NCBI RefSeq assembly: GCF_009914755.1
Contig: NC_060927.1
DNA: 64,000 nt
DNA from: the human T2T-CHM13v2.0 reference genome, Homo sapiens
Strand: one strand, 5' to 3'
Shown here one piece after another: positions 1-14,371 of this stretch. The notes under the pieces are model-generated. The model was not told the DNA's origin. It saw only the letters and a program-made list of their open reading frames with translations, and ran no database searches. The stretch's first letter is position 1; each line of letters begins with the position of its first letter. A program made the translations under genes and the position numbers.

Positions 1-167
1 GGTGGGCGCCTGTAGTCCCAGCTATTCGGAGGGCTGAGGCAGGAGAATGGCGTGAACCCAGGAGGCGGAGCTTGCAGTGACCCGAGATCGATCGTGCCAC
101 TGCACTCCAGCCTGGGCAACAGAGAGATACTCCGTCTCAAAAACAAACAAACAAACAAACAAAAAAG
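1..167 (+). mobile_element. AluY right arm (cut by window edge) with (AAAC)n tail
   Basis: GAGAATGGCGTGAACCC...GGCGGAGCTTGCAGTGA, the AluY diagnostic sequence. Confidence 0.92.
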
Positions 168-2570
168 ATTGCAAGGTTCCTCATAACCCATACTGCCCTA
201 AAAAGACACCTCTTTAAATAATTAGGGATGTGTACAAAGATTAAGATATAAAGATGGTTGCTTGTTTTTAATTATATATTTTTTATTCTTCTTTTCCTTT
301 AAATTCTTGGGTTTGACATTTGACTTTGAAATTCTCTTAGAGATTCTGAAATTACATTTCTGGTTTCTCGTTGCTTGTGTCTATGTAAAGGGTAAAATAT
401 TCATTGAAAATGTTATGTATAATTCACTTCTTAGCCCTTGCCAGAAATGTTTTATGCCTTTCATCAATGAGGCAATATTTTAGAATAATTGTTTTAAATG
501 CCTGATATGGTTATTTTTCCCCAGGAATTTAATAAAAACAGGCAAGCGCAGACAAATACAAGTGTTTTGTAAATGGCTGAAATTCAGGTACTCTTTTATT
601 AGATCACAGAGCTGTGAAACAGATTAAATTTCAAGCATGGAGACTTTCAACATTGTTCTTGTAATTGCAAAGCATTCAAATGCATTCCTTTGCACTAATA
701 ATTACTCTCTCCATTAATGCAATTGTTCTAGAAATTAAACAGACAGATCCTAAGTAAATGATAGTTTCTTTTTGTTTCTCACAGAAGTTGAGAATAAACT
801 GTAGGTTAATTAAACTCTCTTGCATTAGTTTTTATATGGTATTGGTTTTCAATTCAGAGGTAAAGCTTATGCTCTCATACTAAAAAGCCTGTTTATAAGA
901 TCATTTTAATCCTTTTCTGAAAAGGTTTAATTTATAATTGTGTTCTCCACTTTAATTGATCATAACAAATGAAGCAAATGCATAAGTTATGCTTCAAAAA
1001 TGCCCTTCATTACATGGAAAATTGGGACTGAGAGAACTCTCATACATTGACTTTCAGTGTGTTTTCATAATTCTTCTGGAAATGATATTATATTTGAATA
1101 AGTACCCACTCCCATACAATGGAAGCATTAAACAAAAGAATGTGAGTATGGATTTCTGTCACTGAGGAAAGTCCACTAGACTCAACATGACAATCAAGAG
1201 CAGCAGCTTTGATTAATGACTGACAATGATAATTCTGTTCAGGCTTCCTTTCCTCAGTCTTTGCCTTCTTCTGGTCCCCTGCCTTTCTTTCCTCCTTTTA
1301 ATTCCAATTACTTTTAATCTCTGTCAATCTTTAAAATTCCTTATCCTTTGTGTATTTTAGGAAAATATCAAGGTAATAAGGAAAAAATAAAAATTGAAAT
1401 GGGCAGTGAGCTGCAGTGCATTGCAAGTAAAACAAAACAAAACAAAAAATGTATCCCTAACTTACCAAACCAATTAACACCAAATGTTAGCACCAAAAAA
1501 AATACATAAATAAATAAAAAAGTGTACGTAAAGAAAAAGCAGTAAAGATAGTTCTTACCTTAATTCACTCTTTCACCATAAAAATAAAAGAGGCTCATTA
1601 ACATGTGGAGATTCTGTACTTCAATTTTGTCTGTTCAGATTGGGAATTTTCATTTGTTTCATTTTCATTTCCATTTGTACTTATATCCTAATAGAAAAAG
1701 CCAACATAATCCCAAATGGACCTCAAAGTCATGATGTAGAATGGAAACCATTGACAGAAGATAATCCTCCTTTTCTCCCAGCCTAGTGGGTGCAAGCTGG
1801 GTGGATTAAACAGATTTGGACCAAACCAACAATGGTTTATAAAAGGTCAAGCTGTGAGCTTGGCATCAGATCAGAAGCCATTTTTTGGATGCTCTCCCCA
1901 AGGAGTAAAGTCAAGCTCCTCTTTTCTAGCATGATGGAATCACTAAGGAAACCCAAGAATAAGAAATCTCACAAAATTCAGAGACCATAAACTGGCCTGT
2001 AGATATGTGTTTGTCTCATGCAGTTTTTAATTTTCAAAAATTCATTTCCAACATTCGAAAGTGTAAGATTGAACATTAAAAAAAGAAGGTAATTGATCTT
2101 TCTGGAGAAGTAAAAATATCTGGCAATACCAAACCTGTATGTGGCATTGATTGGTGAATATGGAGCAGGTGCTACCTGTTTGGGACAGAATGTGGGCTCT
2201 CTGGTTTTTACAGTCTCCACTCCTCCCTTTTGCTGAGTCTTTGCCATCTTCACTCACAATTAGTACCTCCTGGCCTCTGTAGGGATGTTTGTGTCTTCTG
2301 ATGTAGTCTAACATCTGCACTTTTTCATATGAGGAGATGCAGTTGTAAGAAAGAAAAGCCTTGACTAAAGTTGCAAGCCTACATTGGAATCAGCTGATCC
2401 CTCAGTGGGTAAAGGAAATTGTAACACAGTAAGTCAAACTCCTTTCTGCTGAAAAGATGATGTAGTAGCATTCCAGACAAAAGTGAGTGAGAATCTCAGA
2501 AGGCAGGAAATGTGGACAGAATTCCTTACCTGGATATGCTTCTGCTTTCTCACAATTAAGAGTTTCATAC

Positions 2571-3201
2571 TGAAACCGAGGGCTAACCTGATTAGGCCCG
2601 CCAAACTTAACTTGCCTCATTTGTTTTTAATCACTTGCTTTTAGTCGATTTCAAAATTCGTATAGCTAAAAGTCACATAGTTAAACAATATATATCTAAA
2701 CTCCCACTAGCTTCCTTATAGATAACATCTCCAACGTATGGGTCAACACCGTAACAATTGCTTGTTTTTCAGGGACTTGGGGTCAGTTCTTGTCCAGTTC
2801 AAATCAGCTGAGACCATTGACCCTTCAACTGGCCTATATGTTTAATAGGTGACCTTTTGACTTCAGAGGGCAAATAACTCCATCTTCCAATCATGCTAAC
2901 CACACCATTGTGTGAACATGAGTCCTGTGAAGACCAATAAAGCTTGACCACAGTAGTGCAGATAACCCCCACTTGACTAATTTTTCTTTACCTCCAATCA
3001 CCTTTCTCCATGCCTTGGGCCACTTTGCTCCCCTATGCAATAAACATCCTTAAAACTCGTCTTTGGGCAGTGGATTTGAGATCTGTTCTCTTATCTCCTT
3101 ACTTAGCTTCCGGGTGAATAAATCCTTTCTTTGCTACAAAACTTGTCATGTTAGTGATTGGCACACTGAACAATAAGTAGAATGGGCCTGATTCAGTATC
3201 A
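2571..3201 (+). mobile_element. Solo ERV1 LTR (MER4-group, MER39/MER34-like)
   Basis: TG...CA termini; 4-bp TSD ATAC (2567-2570 and 3202-3205); CCTTTTGAC.TCAGAGGG...ATCATGCTAA motif; AATAAA near 3118. Confidence 0.8.
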
Positions 3202-3475
3202 ATACCAGGGATTTGAGATCTACTGTTACTATTATTAACAATAATATTAACCTTAAGATAAAGATAAAGCCTATTTCCCAGTTCCTGATTAGAGATGATT
3301 TAGCTCTACCCTATAACTCAGATTTTCCAAGAAGAGTGGCATTCCAAGGCTGGGGCTGCCAAAGTTGTCAGCCTCACATGTAGTCAATAAGACAGACGTA
3401 GTGCATATAGCAAATGGTAAAGCAATGATAAAACTAACTAAAAGTCAGCCTACTTTATTAACACTATGCATTAGC

Positions 3476-6400
3476 GGGGAGGCAGACCAATATGGAATAG
3501 AGAGCTCCCCTGATTGCTCCCCCCCACCTCAGGCATTAACACCAAGTTAACAACTTATCTTCAAAGAAAAACACTTTCATAAGAACCAAAAATTAGATGA
3601 GCACTCATAGTACCTGGTTTAAACTTTGTATCACTGGAAGAAGCACTGAAGAGATAGAAAAAAGAGTCCTGAATCACCAAGACCACCCCTCCCCTATCCC
3701 CCACAGCAGCAGCATGATATAAAGAGCATCTCTGGGCACTGAGGGAGGAAGAACGCAGCAATGGTGAGATAGTGAACTCAGTGCTGTCCTGTTAGAGCAG
3801 AAAGAAAAACCAGATCAAACTCAGCTGACACCCACCCATAGAGGGAGCATTTAAACCAGCCCGGCCAGAGAGGAATTGCGGATCCCAGCAGTCTGAACTT
3901 GAGTGACCAAAAACCTCACCACTGAGGGCCAAAGTACTCTCATTCTCGAAGTAAACTTGAAAGGTAGTCTCGGTTATAAGGATTGCAACTCATAGGAGAC
4001 TACTAGGGCTGAACTAGGCCCAAAGAGAGGGGACTGGGGAGGCATGTGACATACTGAGACACCACCAGCTGGGCAGTCAAGAGAGAACTGGCATCACCCC
4101 TCCTCTAGCCCCAGGCTGCATGTTTCACGGCTCCCAAAGAAACCCCTTTCTTCTGCTTCAGGAGAAGAGAGAGAAGAGTGAGGAGAAATTTGTTTTACAT
4201 CTTGAGACCGGTCTGCCACAGCAGGATAGGACACTCCCAGCTTTCGGTGGCTCAGAACAGAGAAAGAGAGACTTCGTATGCTTGAGAGAAACTAAGGAAG
4301 GAGACCAAGAGTCTCTGCCTGGTAATGCAGAGAATTCCCCCAGATCTTGTCCAAGACCATCAAGGCGATAGCTCTACAAGTCTGTAAGAACCACAGTGGT
4401 ATTTGGCTTGGGGTGCCCCCCAAAACACAAACAGCTTAGTTCACAACACTCAAGTCCTTTCAAATATCTGGAAATCGTTCCCAAGAAGGGATGGCTACAA
4501 ATAAACCCAGACAGTGAAGACTACAATAAACATGTAACTCTTCAGTGCACCAACACCAGAGAACATCTACTAAGATCGACATCATCCAGAAAAACATGAC
4601 CTCATCAGATGAACTAAATAAGGTACCAGGGACCAATCCTAGAGAAACAGAGATATGTGACCTTTCAGAAAGGGAATTTAAAATACTTGTGTTGAGGAAA
4701 CTCAAAGAAATTCAAGATAATGCAGAAAAGGAATTCAGAATCCTATCAGATAAATTTAACAAAGAGATTGAAATAATTTAAAAGAATCAAGCAGAAATTC
4801 CGGAGCTCTGAAATGCAATTAATATACTCAAAAATACATCAGAGTTCTTTAACAGTGGAATGGAGCAAGCAGAAGAAATAATTAGTGAGCTTAAAGACAG
4901 GCTATTTGAAAATACACAGAGGAGACAAAAGAAAAAAGAATAAAAACAATGACACCCACCTACAGGATCTAGAAAATAGGCTCAAAAAGGCAAATCTAAG
5001 AGAAAGAGATAGCAGTAGAAAGTTTATTCAAAGAGATAGTAACAGAGAACTTCCCAAACCCAGAGAAAGATATGAATATTCAACTACAAGAAGGTTATAG
5101 GAAACCAAGCAGATTTCACTCAAAGAAGACTACCTCAAGGCATTTAATAATCTAACTCCCAAAAGTCAAGGATAAAGAAAGGATCCTAACAGTGGCAAGA
5201 GAAAAGAAACAAATAGCATATGATAGAGCTTCAATATGTCTGGAAGCAGACTTTTCAGTGGAAACCTTATAGAATAAGAGAGAGTGGCATGACATATTTG
5301 AAGTGCTGAAAAAACTTTTACCCTATAATAGTATATACAGTGAAAATATTCTTTAATCATGAAGGAGAAATTATGACTTTCCCAAGCAAACAAAAGCTAA
5401 GGGATTTCATTAATACCAGACCTGTCCTACAAGAATTAAAGAGAATACTTCAGTAAGGAAGGAAAGGGCATTAATGAGCAATAAATAATCACCTGAAGCT
5501 AGAAAACATACTGGCAATAGTAAGTACACAGAAAAACACAGAATATTATAACACTGTAACGTGGTATGTAAACTACTCTTATCCTAAGTAGGAAGACTAA
5601 ATGATGAACCAATCAAAATAATAACTACAACAACTTTTCAAGACATAGTAAGTACAATAAGATATCAATGGCATCAACAAAAATCAAACAATACCAAAGT
5701 TAAGAAGTGGGAAAATGAAATTAAGGTCAGACATTATTAGTTTTCTTTTTGCCTGTTGGTTTGTTTATGTTAAGATGGTTAAGTTGTTATCAGGTTAAAA
5801 TAACAAGTTGTAAGACAGTATTTGTAAGCCTCCTGGTAATAGCGAACCAAAAAATACAATGGACACACAAAAAATAAAAAGCAAGAAACTAAATCATATC
5901 CCCAGAGAAAATCATCTTCATTAGAGGAAGACAGGAATTAAAAAAAAAGAAGAAGAAAAGACTACAAAACAACAGAAAAATAACAAAATGGCAAGAATAA
6001 GTACCTACTTATTAATAATCACATTGAAAGAAAATGGACTAAACTCTCCAAGCAGAAGATGGAGACTGGCTGAATGAATGAAAAGGCAAGACCCATTTAT
6101 CTTTTGTCTCCGAGAAACATGCTTCACTTATAAAGACACAAAGAGACTGAAAATAAAAAGATGGAAAAGATATTCTATGCCAATGAAAACCAAAAAAGAG
6201 CAGGAGTCACTATACTTACATCAGGCAAAATAAATTTCAAGACAACAAGTATAAAAACAGACAAAGAAGGTCACTGTTTAATGATAAAGGGGTCAATTCA
6301 TCAAGAAGATATACCAATTTTAATATATATGCACCCAACATGGGAGCATCAGATATATAAAGCATATTTTATTAGAGCTAAAGTGAGAGATAGACCCCAG

Positions 6401-9400
6401 TACAATAATAACTGGAGTGTTCACCCTACTTTCAGCATTTGACAGATGTTCCCAAAAGAAAATCAACAAATAAACATCAGACTCAACCTGCACTATAGAC
6501 CAATGGATCTGATAGATACTTACAGAACATTTCATTTAAAAGCTGCAGGATATATATTTTTTATCCTCAGCATATGGGTTATTCTCAATGATAGACCATA
6601 TGTTAGGTCACAAAACAAGTAATAAAACATTCAAAACATTGAAATAATAGCAAGCATCTTCTCTTACCACATTGAAATAAAACTAGAAATTTCTAACAAG
6701 AGGAATTTAAGAAACTATACAAATACATGGAAACTAGGCCATGTGTTCCTGAATGACCAGTGGTCAATAAAGAAATTAAGAAGGAAAGTGAAAATTTCTT
6801 AAAACAAATGATAATGGAAACACAACACATCAAAACCTATGGGATATAGCAAAAGCAATACTATGAAGGAAGTTTATAGTTATAAGTGCCTACATCAAAA
6901 CAGAATAAAAATTTTAAGTAAACAATTTAACAATTCATCTTAAAGAACTAGAAAAGCAAGAGCAAACCAAAACCAAGATTCTAGAAGAAAAGAAATAATA
7001 AAAATCAAAATAGAAATAAATGAAATTGAAATGAAAGAAACAATACAAAATATCAATGAAACAAAAAGGTTTTCTTTTGAAAAGTTAAACAAAATTGACA
7101 AATCTTTAGCCAGACTAAGAAAAAAAAAGAAGATCCAAATAAATAAAATCGGAAATGGAAAAGGAGACATTGTAACTGATACTGCAAAAATGCAAAAGAC
7201 CATTAGTGGATACTATGAGCAACTATATGCCAATACGTTGTAAAATCTATAAGAAAGTGACAAATTCCTAGATACACACAACCTACCAAGATTGAACCTG
7301 GAAGAAATCTGAAACATGAACAGATCAATAATAAGTAATAAGATCAAAGCTACAATAAAAAGTCTTCTAATAAAGAAAAGCCCAAAACTTGATGGCTTCA
7401 AGACTAAATTCTTCCAAACATTTAAAAAAGGATAAATAGCAATCCTACTCAAACTATTCTGAAAAACAGAGGATGAGGGAATACTTCCAAACTCATTCTA
7501 TGAGGCCAGAATTACCCCAATACCAAAATCAGAAAAAGACACATCACAAAAAGAAAACTACAAGCCAATATCGCTGTTGATTGTTGACACAAAAATCCTC
7601 AACAAAATACTAGCAAACCAATTCCAACAATACATTAGAAAGATCATTCATCATGACCAAGTGGGATTTATCCCTGGGATACAAGATAGTTCAACATATG
7701 CAAATCAATCAATGTGATACATCATATCAACAGAATGAAAGATGAAAACCATATGATCATTTCAATTGATGCTGAAAAAAGCATTTGACAAAATTTAACA
7801 TCCCTTCATGAAAAAAAACCCTAAAAAACTGGGTAGAAGAAACATACCTCAACATAATAAAAGCTATATACAACAGACCCACAGCTAGCATCATACTGAA
7901 TGAGGAAAAACTGAAAGTCTTTCCTCTAAGATCTGGAACATGATAAAGACTCCCACTGTCATTACTGCTATTCAACATAGTACTGGAAGTCCTAGCTAGA
8001 GCAATCAGATGATAGAAAGATGTAAAAGGCATCCAAATTGGAAAGGAAGAAGTCAAATTATCCTTATTTGCAGATTATATGATCCTATATTTGAAAAAAC
8101 CTAAAGACTCCACAAGAAAACTATTAGAATTGATAAGCGAATTCAATAAAGTTGTAAGATACAAAATTAACATACCGAAATGAATAGCATTTCTATATGG
8201 CAACAATGAACAATGTAGAAAAGAAATTTAAAAAATAATTTCATTTACAATAACCACACATAAAATTTAATACATAGGAATTAACCAAATAAGTGAAATC
8301 TCTATAATGAAAACTACAAAATGCTGATGAAGGAACTTGAAGAGGATACCAAAAAATGGAAATATATTCCATGTTTATGGATTGGAAGAATCAATACTGT
8401 TAATTTGTCCATACCACCCAAAGCAATCGACAGATTCAATGCAATCCCTATCAAAATGTCAATGACATTCTTCACAGAAATAGAAAAAACAATTCTAAAA
8501 TGTATAAATGGATTACAAAAGACCCAGGATAGCCAAAGCTATCCTAAGCAAAAACAAAACTGGAGGAATCACATTACCTGACTTCAAACTATACTATAGA
8601 GCTATACTAACAAAAACAGCATAGTACTGGCATAAAAACAGATGCATAGACCAATGGATTAAAATAGAGAACCAGAGACAAATCCACACACTTACAGTGA
8701 ACTCATTTTTGACAAAGGTGCCAAGAACATAGACTGAGGAAAAGACAGTCTCTTCAACAAATGATGCTGGGAAAACTGGATAGCCATATGAAAACAGAAT
8801 GAAACTAGATTTCTATCTCTTGCCATATACAAAAATCAAATCAAATGGGTTAAATACTTAAATGTAATACTTCAAATTATGAAACTACTACAGGCAAACT
8901 TTGGGGAAAATCTCCAGGACAATATCCTGTAGATTGGTCCTGACAATGGGCAAAGATTTTTTGAGCAATATCCCACAAGCACAAGCAATCAAAGCAAAAT
9001 TAGACAAATGAGATCACATCAAGTTAAAAAGCTTTTTCAAAGAAAAGGATACAATCAACAAAGTGAAGAGATAACCCACAAAATGGGAGAAAATATTTGC
9101 AAATCACCCCTCTGACAAGGAGTCAATAACTAGAATATATAAGAAGCTCAAATAACTCTACAGAAAAAAAATCTAATAATGGATCAAAAAATAGGCAAAA
9201 TATTTAAATAGACATTTCTCATAAGAAGACATACAAATAGCAAACAGGCCTAGGAAAAGGTGCTCAACATCCTTGGTCATCAGACAAATGCAAATCAAAA
9301 CTACAATGAGATATTATCCTACTCCAGTTACATACGCACATAGTAAAAATGGCTTATATCCAAAACACAGGCAATAACAAACACTGGTGAGGATGTGGAG

Positions 9401-10184
9401 GAAAGGGAACCCTTGTACACCGTTAGTGGGAATGTGAATTAGTGCAACCACTATGGAGAACAGTTTGGAAGTTTCTCAAAAAACAAAAAATAGAGCTACT
9501 ATATGATTCAGCAATCCCACTGCTGGGTATATACCCAAAAGAAAGGAAGTCAGTATATCAAAGAGATATCTGCACTCTTATGTTTGTTGCAGCCTGTTTA
9601 CAATAGCTAAGATTGGGAAGAAACCTAAATGTCTATCAATAGATGAATGGATAAAGAAAACGTACATATACATGATGGAGTACTATTCAGCCATAAAAAT
9701 AATGAGATCTTGTCATTACAACAACATGAATGGAACTGGAGATCATTACGTTGAGTGAAGTAAGCCAGACACAGAAAGACAAACATCACATGTTCTCTCT
9801 TACTGGTGGGATCTAAAAATAAAATCAATTGAACTCATGGACATAGAGAGTAGAAGAATGGTTACTAGAGGCTGGGAAGTATAGTAGGGGGTTGAGGGAG
9901 AAGTGGTGATGGTTAATGGATATCAAAAGACGGAATGAATAAGACATACCATTTGAAAGCACAATAGGGCGTCTATAATCAATAATAATATAATTGTATA
10001 TTTGAAAGTAACTTAAAGAAGGTAGTGGATTGTTTGTAACTGAAAGAATAAATGCTTGAGAAGATGGATACTCCATTCTCCATGATGTTGTTATTTCATG
10101 CCTGTATCAAAACATCTCAGGTACCCCATAAATATATATACCTACTATGTACCCACAAAAATGTTTTAAAATAATAATTTAAAA
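3476..10184 (+). mobile_element. Full-length inactive LINE-1 (L1MA1/L1MA2-like)
   Basis: 5'UTR from GGGGAGG; ORF1 remnants (EICDLSEREFKILVLRKLKEIQ); ORF2 start ATG 5988 (endonuclease ...NGLNSP); RT motif FADY at 8067-8078; L1MA-type 3'UTR and A-rich tail; degenerate 16-bp TSD 3460-3475/10185-10200. Many stops and frameshifts. Confidence 0.93.
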
Positions 10185-10313
10185 AATACTATACACTAGC
10201 AAATCTGAATAATGTCAGTGACATAAAGATGTTCCTCTGTAAAAATTAAAATATGTTGTTGGTTTAAGCGCTAAACAATTGCTGTGGTTATAGTTGAATT
10301 TTAACCATATATA

Positions 10314-10316
<3 letters not shown>

Positions 10317-10357
<41 letters not shown>
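10317..10357. repeat. (TG)n microsatellite
   Basis: About 20 GT units with one interruption. Confidence 0.97.
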
Positions 10358-11510
10358 CGTCATTTTTTGTGCAGCTGAAAAGGATACCACAGCCCGGGTA
10401 ATTTATATTGAACAGAAACGTATTGTATCACAGTTTTGAAGGCTGGGCAGTCCGAGATCAATGGGCTGGCATCTTGCAAAAGCCTTCATGTTATATTGTC
10501 CCATGGCAAAAGGGCAAAGAGAGGACGAGAGAGAGAATAAAAGGGTACCAAACTCTTCCTTCTATAACAAACCCATTCCCATGATAATGAACTCACTTTT
10601 GCCATAATGGTATTAATCTACTTATTTTCCCTTTATGGCCTAATCACTCCTTATTAGGACCCACATTTCAACACTATTATATGGGAAATTAAACTTGGTG
10701 CCTGTGACATAAGAGGCAGAAAAGGCAGTACCATTAATCTCCAAAGTGGCTTCAGGGTCATTCTTCCAGTGTCTCATGACTAGCCTCTGACTTCATTCCA
10801 TCTATACTAATCTCCTTATCAAATGGTCTCTTGGCTATACCCTTGGTTTCGCCTCCTGAAAATGTTCTTTCATTTTCTACCACAGGGCCAGATTGAAAAT
10901 CATTTGAATCCTAAAGTAATGTCTAAAAATTTTCATACTTTTACTACAGTTCTCTTCTGAAATCTCACCAGAATCACTCTTAATGATCTGTTTATGGCAA
11001 TACAGGGATTTTCTTGCCTGTTCCTCCAAATTCTTTCAACCGCTGCCCATTACCAATTCCAAAGAGGTTTCCACATTTTCACGTATTTGATATGGCAACA
11101 CCACACTTCACTAGTACCGATTTTCTTTGTCCATTTTGTGATTCGATAATAGAATACCACAGACTGGGTAACGTATAATGAACAAAAATTTATTGGCTCA
11201 TGGTTCTGTAGGCTGGAAAATCCAAGATCAAGGGGCCAGTATCTTGCAAGGATCTTCTTGCTATGTCATTCCATAGCAGAAGGGCAAAGAGAGGGTGAGA
11301 GAAAGAGTAAAAGGGGTCCAAATTCTCACTTTTATAATGAATGTACTTATATGATAATAAATGCACTCTTGTAATAATACGGGTTTTAATCTATTCCCTC
11401 TATCCTCATGGCCTAATCACCTCTCTTTGAGCCCTACCTCCTAATACTGTTGCATCGGGGATTAAGTTTCCAACACATAATTTTGGGAGGAACACATTCG
11501 AACCAACGCA
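10358..11510 (-). mobile_element. MaLR (MSTC/MSTD-like) two-LTR remnant with partial internal region
   Basis: Two similar LTR copies (~10358-10695, truncated, and ~11125-11510). Between them lies MST-int-like sequence ending ...CTAGTACCGATTTTC. Confidence 0.82.
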
Positions 11511-11779
11511 ATATATAAGTAGCAAGTTAGCATATTTTATAATTTCTACATTAATAAATTTTATATTCGACATGAAAATTGAGAGAATCCTTGGTTAGAC
11601 AGCTTGACCCAGAATACCTAGACTCAGCTATATAAATTCACTTTGAGAGGAAGTCTGTAACAGTTTGAAATCCTTTGAGCTTGCTTCAGGCTAAAGTTCT
11701 GTTTCTGACTCCCACTGTGCTCCATATTCCTGTGTTTAAGCAGTAGCTTTGAAATAAACAATGATAGCACAGTGATTGC

Positions 11780-12425
11780 AAAGACAAGAAACATAATTTA
11801 GGTGACTTTAATATGTCATTCTATGGTGTTTTAATTTCTGTTTACAATTCAAGAGCAGAAACATTTAGAGGCTTTAGAATCAATTACACTATTGAAGAAG
11901 AAACAAATATCTGGGTAGTTGCATTTTCTGAAATGTATTATAAAATGGAATTTTTATCATCTCTGACAAATTTATCCTTATATTTAAGACTTTACATAAC
12001 TACTTTGTATATTTTGCTTCATGTTAAAGAAATTTTCTGAAATGAAAATTAATAAAATGTATTATTTGATCAACTGTGAATGAAATAGGTTAAAAACCCT
12101 AGCTAGACTATTTTTTCTGCAGGAATATGATGAAGAAGATTAATTTTGATGAAGTCATCAACAATGACAGAAGTTAAGCCTCGAAACCAAACTAATGTAA
12201 TTTTTCATTAGTATAAGTGACCAGTATAGTAGTATACATATTCCGCTTTGTTCAAAGAATTCATTAAAATAATTAAAAATATTAATCTATTACACTGTAT
12301 TTCCTTTCTGGCCAGTTTTATTGTTATTTCTTTTACTTCAGGGTTAATATTGAAAATAATTGTATCTTATAAAGAAGTGTTCTGTTAAGTAAGATAGACT
12401 CAGCTCTGGGTATAAATTATGCTAG
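11780..12425 (+). mobile_element. hAT (Tip100/Arthur1-like) DNA transposon fossil with decayed transposase C-terminus
   Basis: Frameshifted remnants resemble the hAT dimerization domain (SLTNLSLYLRL...ASC..NFS.MK..K...ST.NE.RL...INFDEVI). Confidence 0.6.
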
Positions 12426-14371
12426 ATCTTTTATAATGTTAAGCACTATCTTAACCCCAAACTATAATCCCATGATTTATCAGATGCAGGTCACAGATTT
12501 TCAACTGTCCTGGGTCTGGACTGAATTTAGTGCCAACTTATTACCTACAATAAAATTCTTTGCACTGTGTTGTTTTCCCAGAGATCCCATTCCTAGAGAG
12601 GTAGAGAGTAATTCTCTCCTTGGTTGATCCCATAGCGATTTGTCCACAAATAACTATGTCATGAATAAATGTTTAGATGACTGACTTTCTTAGGAGACAT
12701 GAGCCCCTGCAAAATATGGGATGTGTGTAATTAATTTCTACTACATTTCAGGTACTCAATAAATTTCATCGAATACGTGAATAAATGCGTGAATAAAAGG
12801 ATGGTGCTTTCATTTGTGATCATGAATACATGAAATTTACATTCCTACTAAATTAAACAGATACATTTAAAAGGAATGGTACCTTTTCTTTAAGAGCATA
12901 TTCTAATCTAATATTATTGATATCACTGTAAAATCAAAACTTAACTTGTGTTTTATCAGTAAATCTGAACAAATTCTTTCAAAATTCTCAAATAACCAAT
13001 TAATGAAATGAAGACAACCCAGAATAGTCTAGTTCCCCAAACATTAATCACTGCATGCCACTTCATTTTTTTATATATGATTATTTAGTAAATATTTTTG
13101 CTCTAGCTATTTCTATTTTTTAAAAAAGCCTTAAATACATACCTTATCCCTGTTGTAAGAAAGAATATCCATGAATATTAAGGTTTTATGTGCCTATTAC
13201 ATTTTTTAATATACACTAAAATAAGCACATAAATATTGGAATATATCATGTCTACTAAAATCATGTTGTATATACCATGATAAATACCGGCAGAGTGGAA
13301 TAAACATAGACTGGGGTGAGATGAACTGGTATTGATCTTATCCACTTCCAAGGTAATATAACCTCTTTAAAAGTCAATGCTTCATATAAATATAGAGATA
13401 AGAAGACTGGCCTCAGAGACTTTCTGTGAAGATTAAATATGTAAATCACCTAATGGAAGTCCTGCATAGATTATTTAGGTACTCGATAGTTATACCTGCT
13501 AAGATGATACATATGTCTCACCTTTCGAACAGACTGCATTCCCTCTTTCTCCACTTCTCACTTTCTCTAATAATCTGTTGGCTGCTCTTATTCTAAATAT
13601 AGCCTCACAGAAACAAGTGGCCAGATCTTATGCTACACAGATATTACTCATAGCAATTGCATGGGATAAAAATAAATATGGACAATATAGTGTGAAAGCA
13701 AGAGATAGAATTGAGGCTTCTTCTCCAGGCGCTGCCTCCATAAGTTATCTGCCACCTCAAATATATCACATGGGATCTCTGGGCCAGTCCCTTTATTTAA
13801 TAAAATTGAGGGAGAAAATTCTTTTTCTGTTTAAAAAGTTAATGAAATATTCAATATTTGACATCCTTTTGCTTTCATGTTTTCTCTCTCTTAAATTTTA
13901 TTTTTCTTATTCTTATTGTGAGAGTATATGTGAAGCAAGGTTCACTGAGAAATGAAAGGCCTTCTCCTAGAGTTTCAAAAAAGGGTCTTGCAAGTTCAAA
14001 CAAGTTTTAACTTCAAGTCTCTTAACCCTTCTCCTATTGAACCATCAACTCAGACCCTTATCAGGGTGTTCTAACGCCCTCCTCCTCTTTCACCCAGGTG
14101 GCACTGACTTGCTCTTATTTATTCTTCACTTGTTGGGGGACTTGCACTCTCAGAGAGAAAGTAAGTTAAAAATGAGCAGAAATCAATAGCTGGAATCTTA
14201 ACAGTGGACAGGAATTTTAGTTTACTTTTTTTTTTCATAGGGAGAAGAGTGCTTAGAGTTTTGATTGTATGGTAGAGGCCTCTAAAGCACTTAATTAAGA
14301 TGTCTGAAGCAGATAATAACAAATTCAGAGGGCTCCTTGGATGATCATCCAGCAGACATCCTGGAGACAAA

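Noticed and set aside
4545-8581. L1 ORF1/ORF2-like peptides as functional genes
   Set aside because: Short fragments separated by stops and frameshifts; the RT catalytic motif is mutated.
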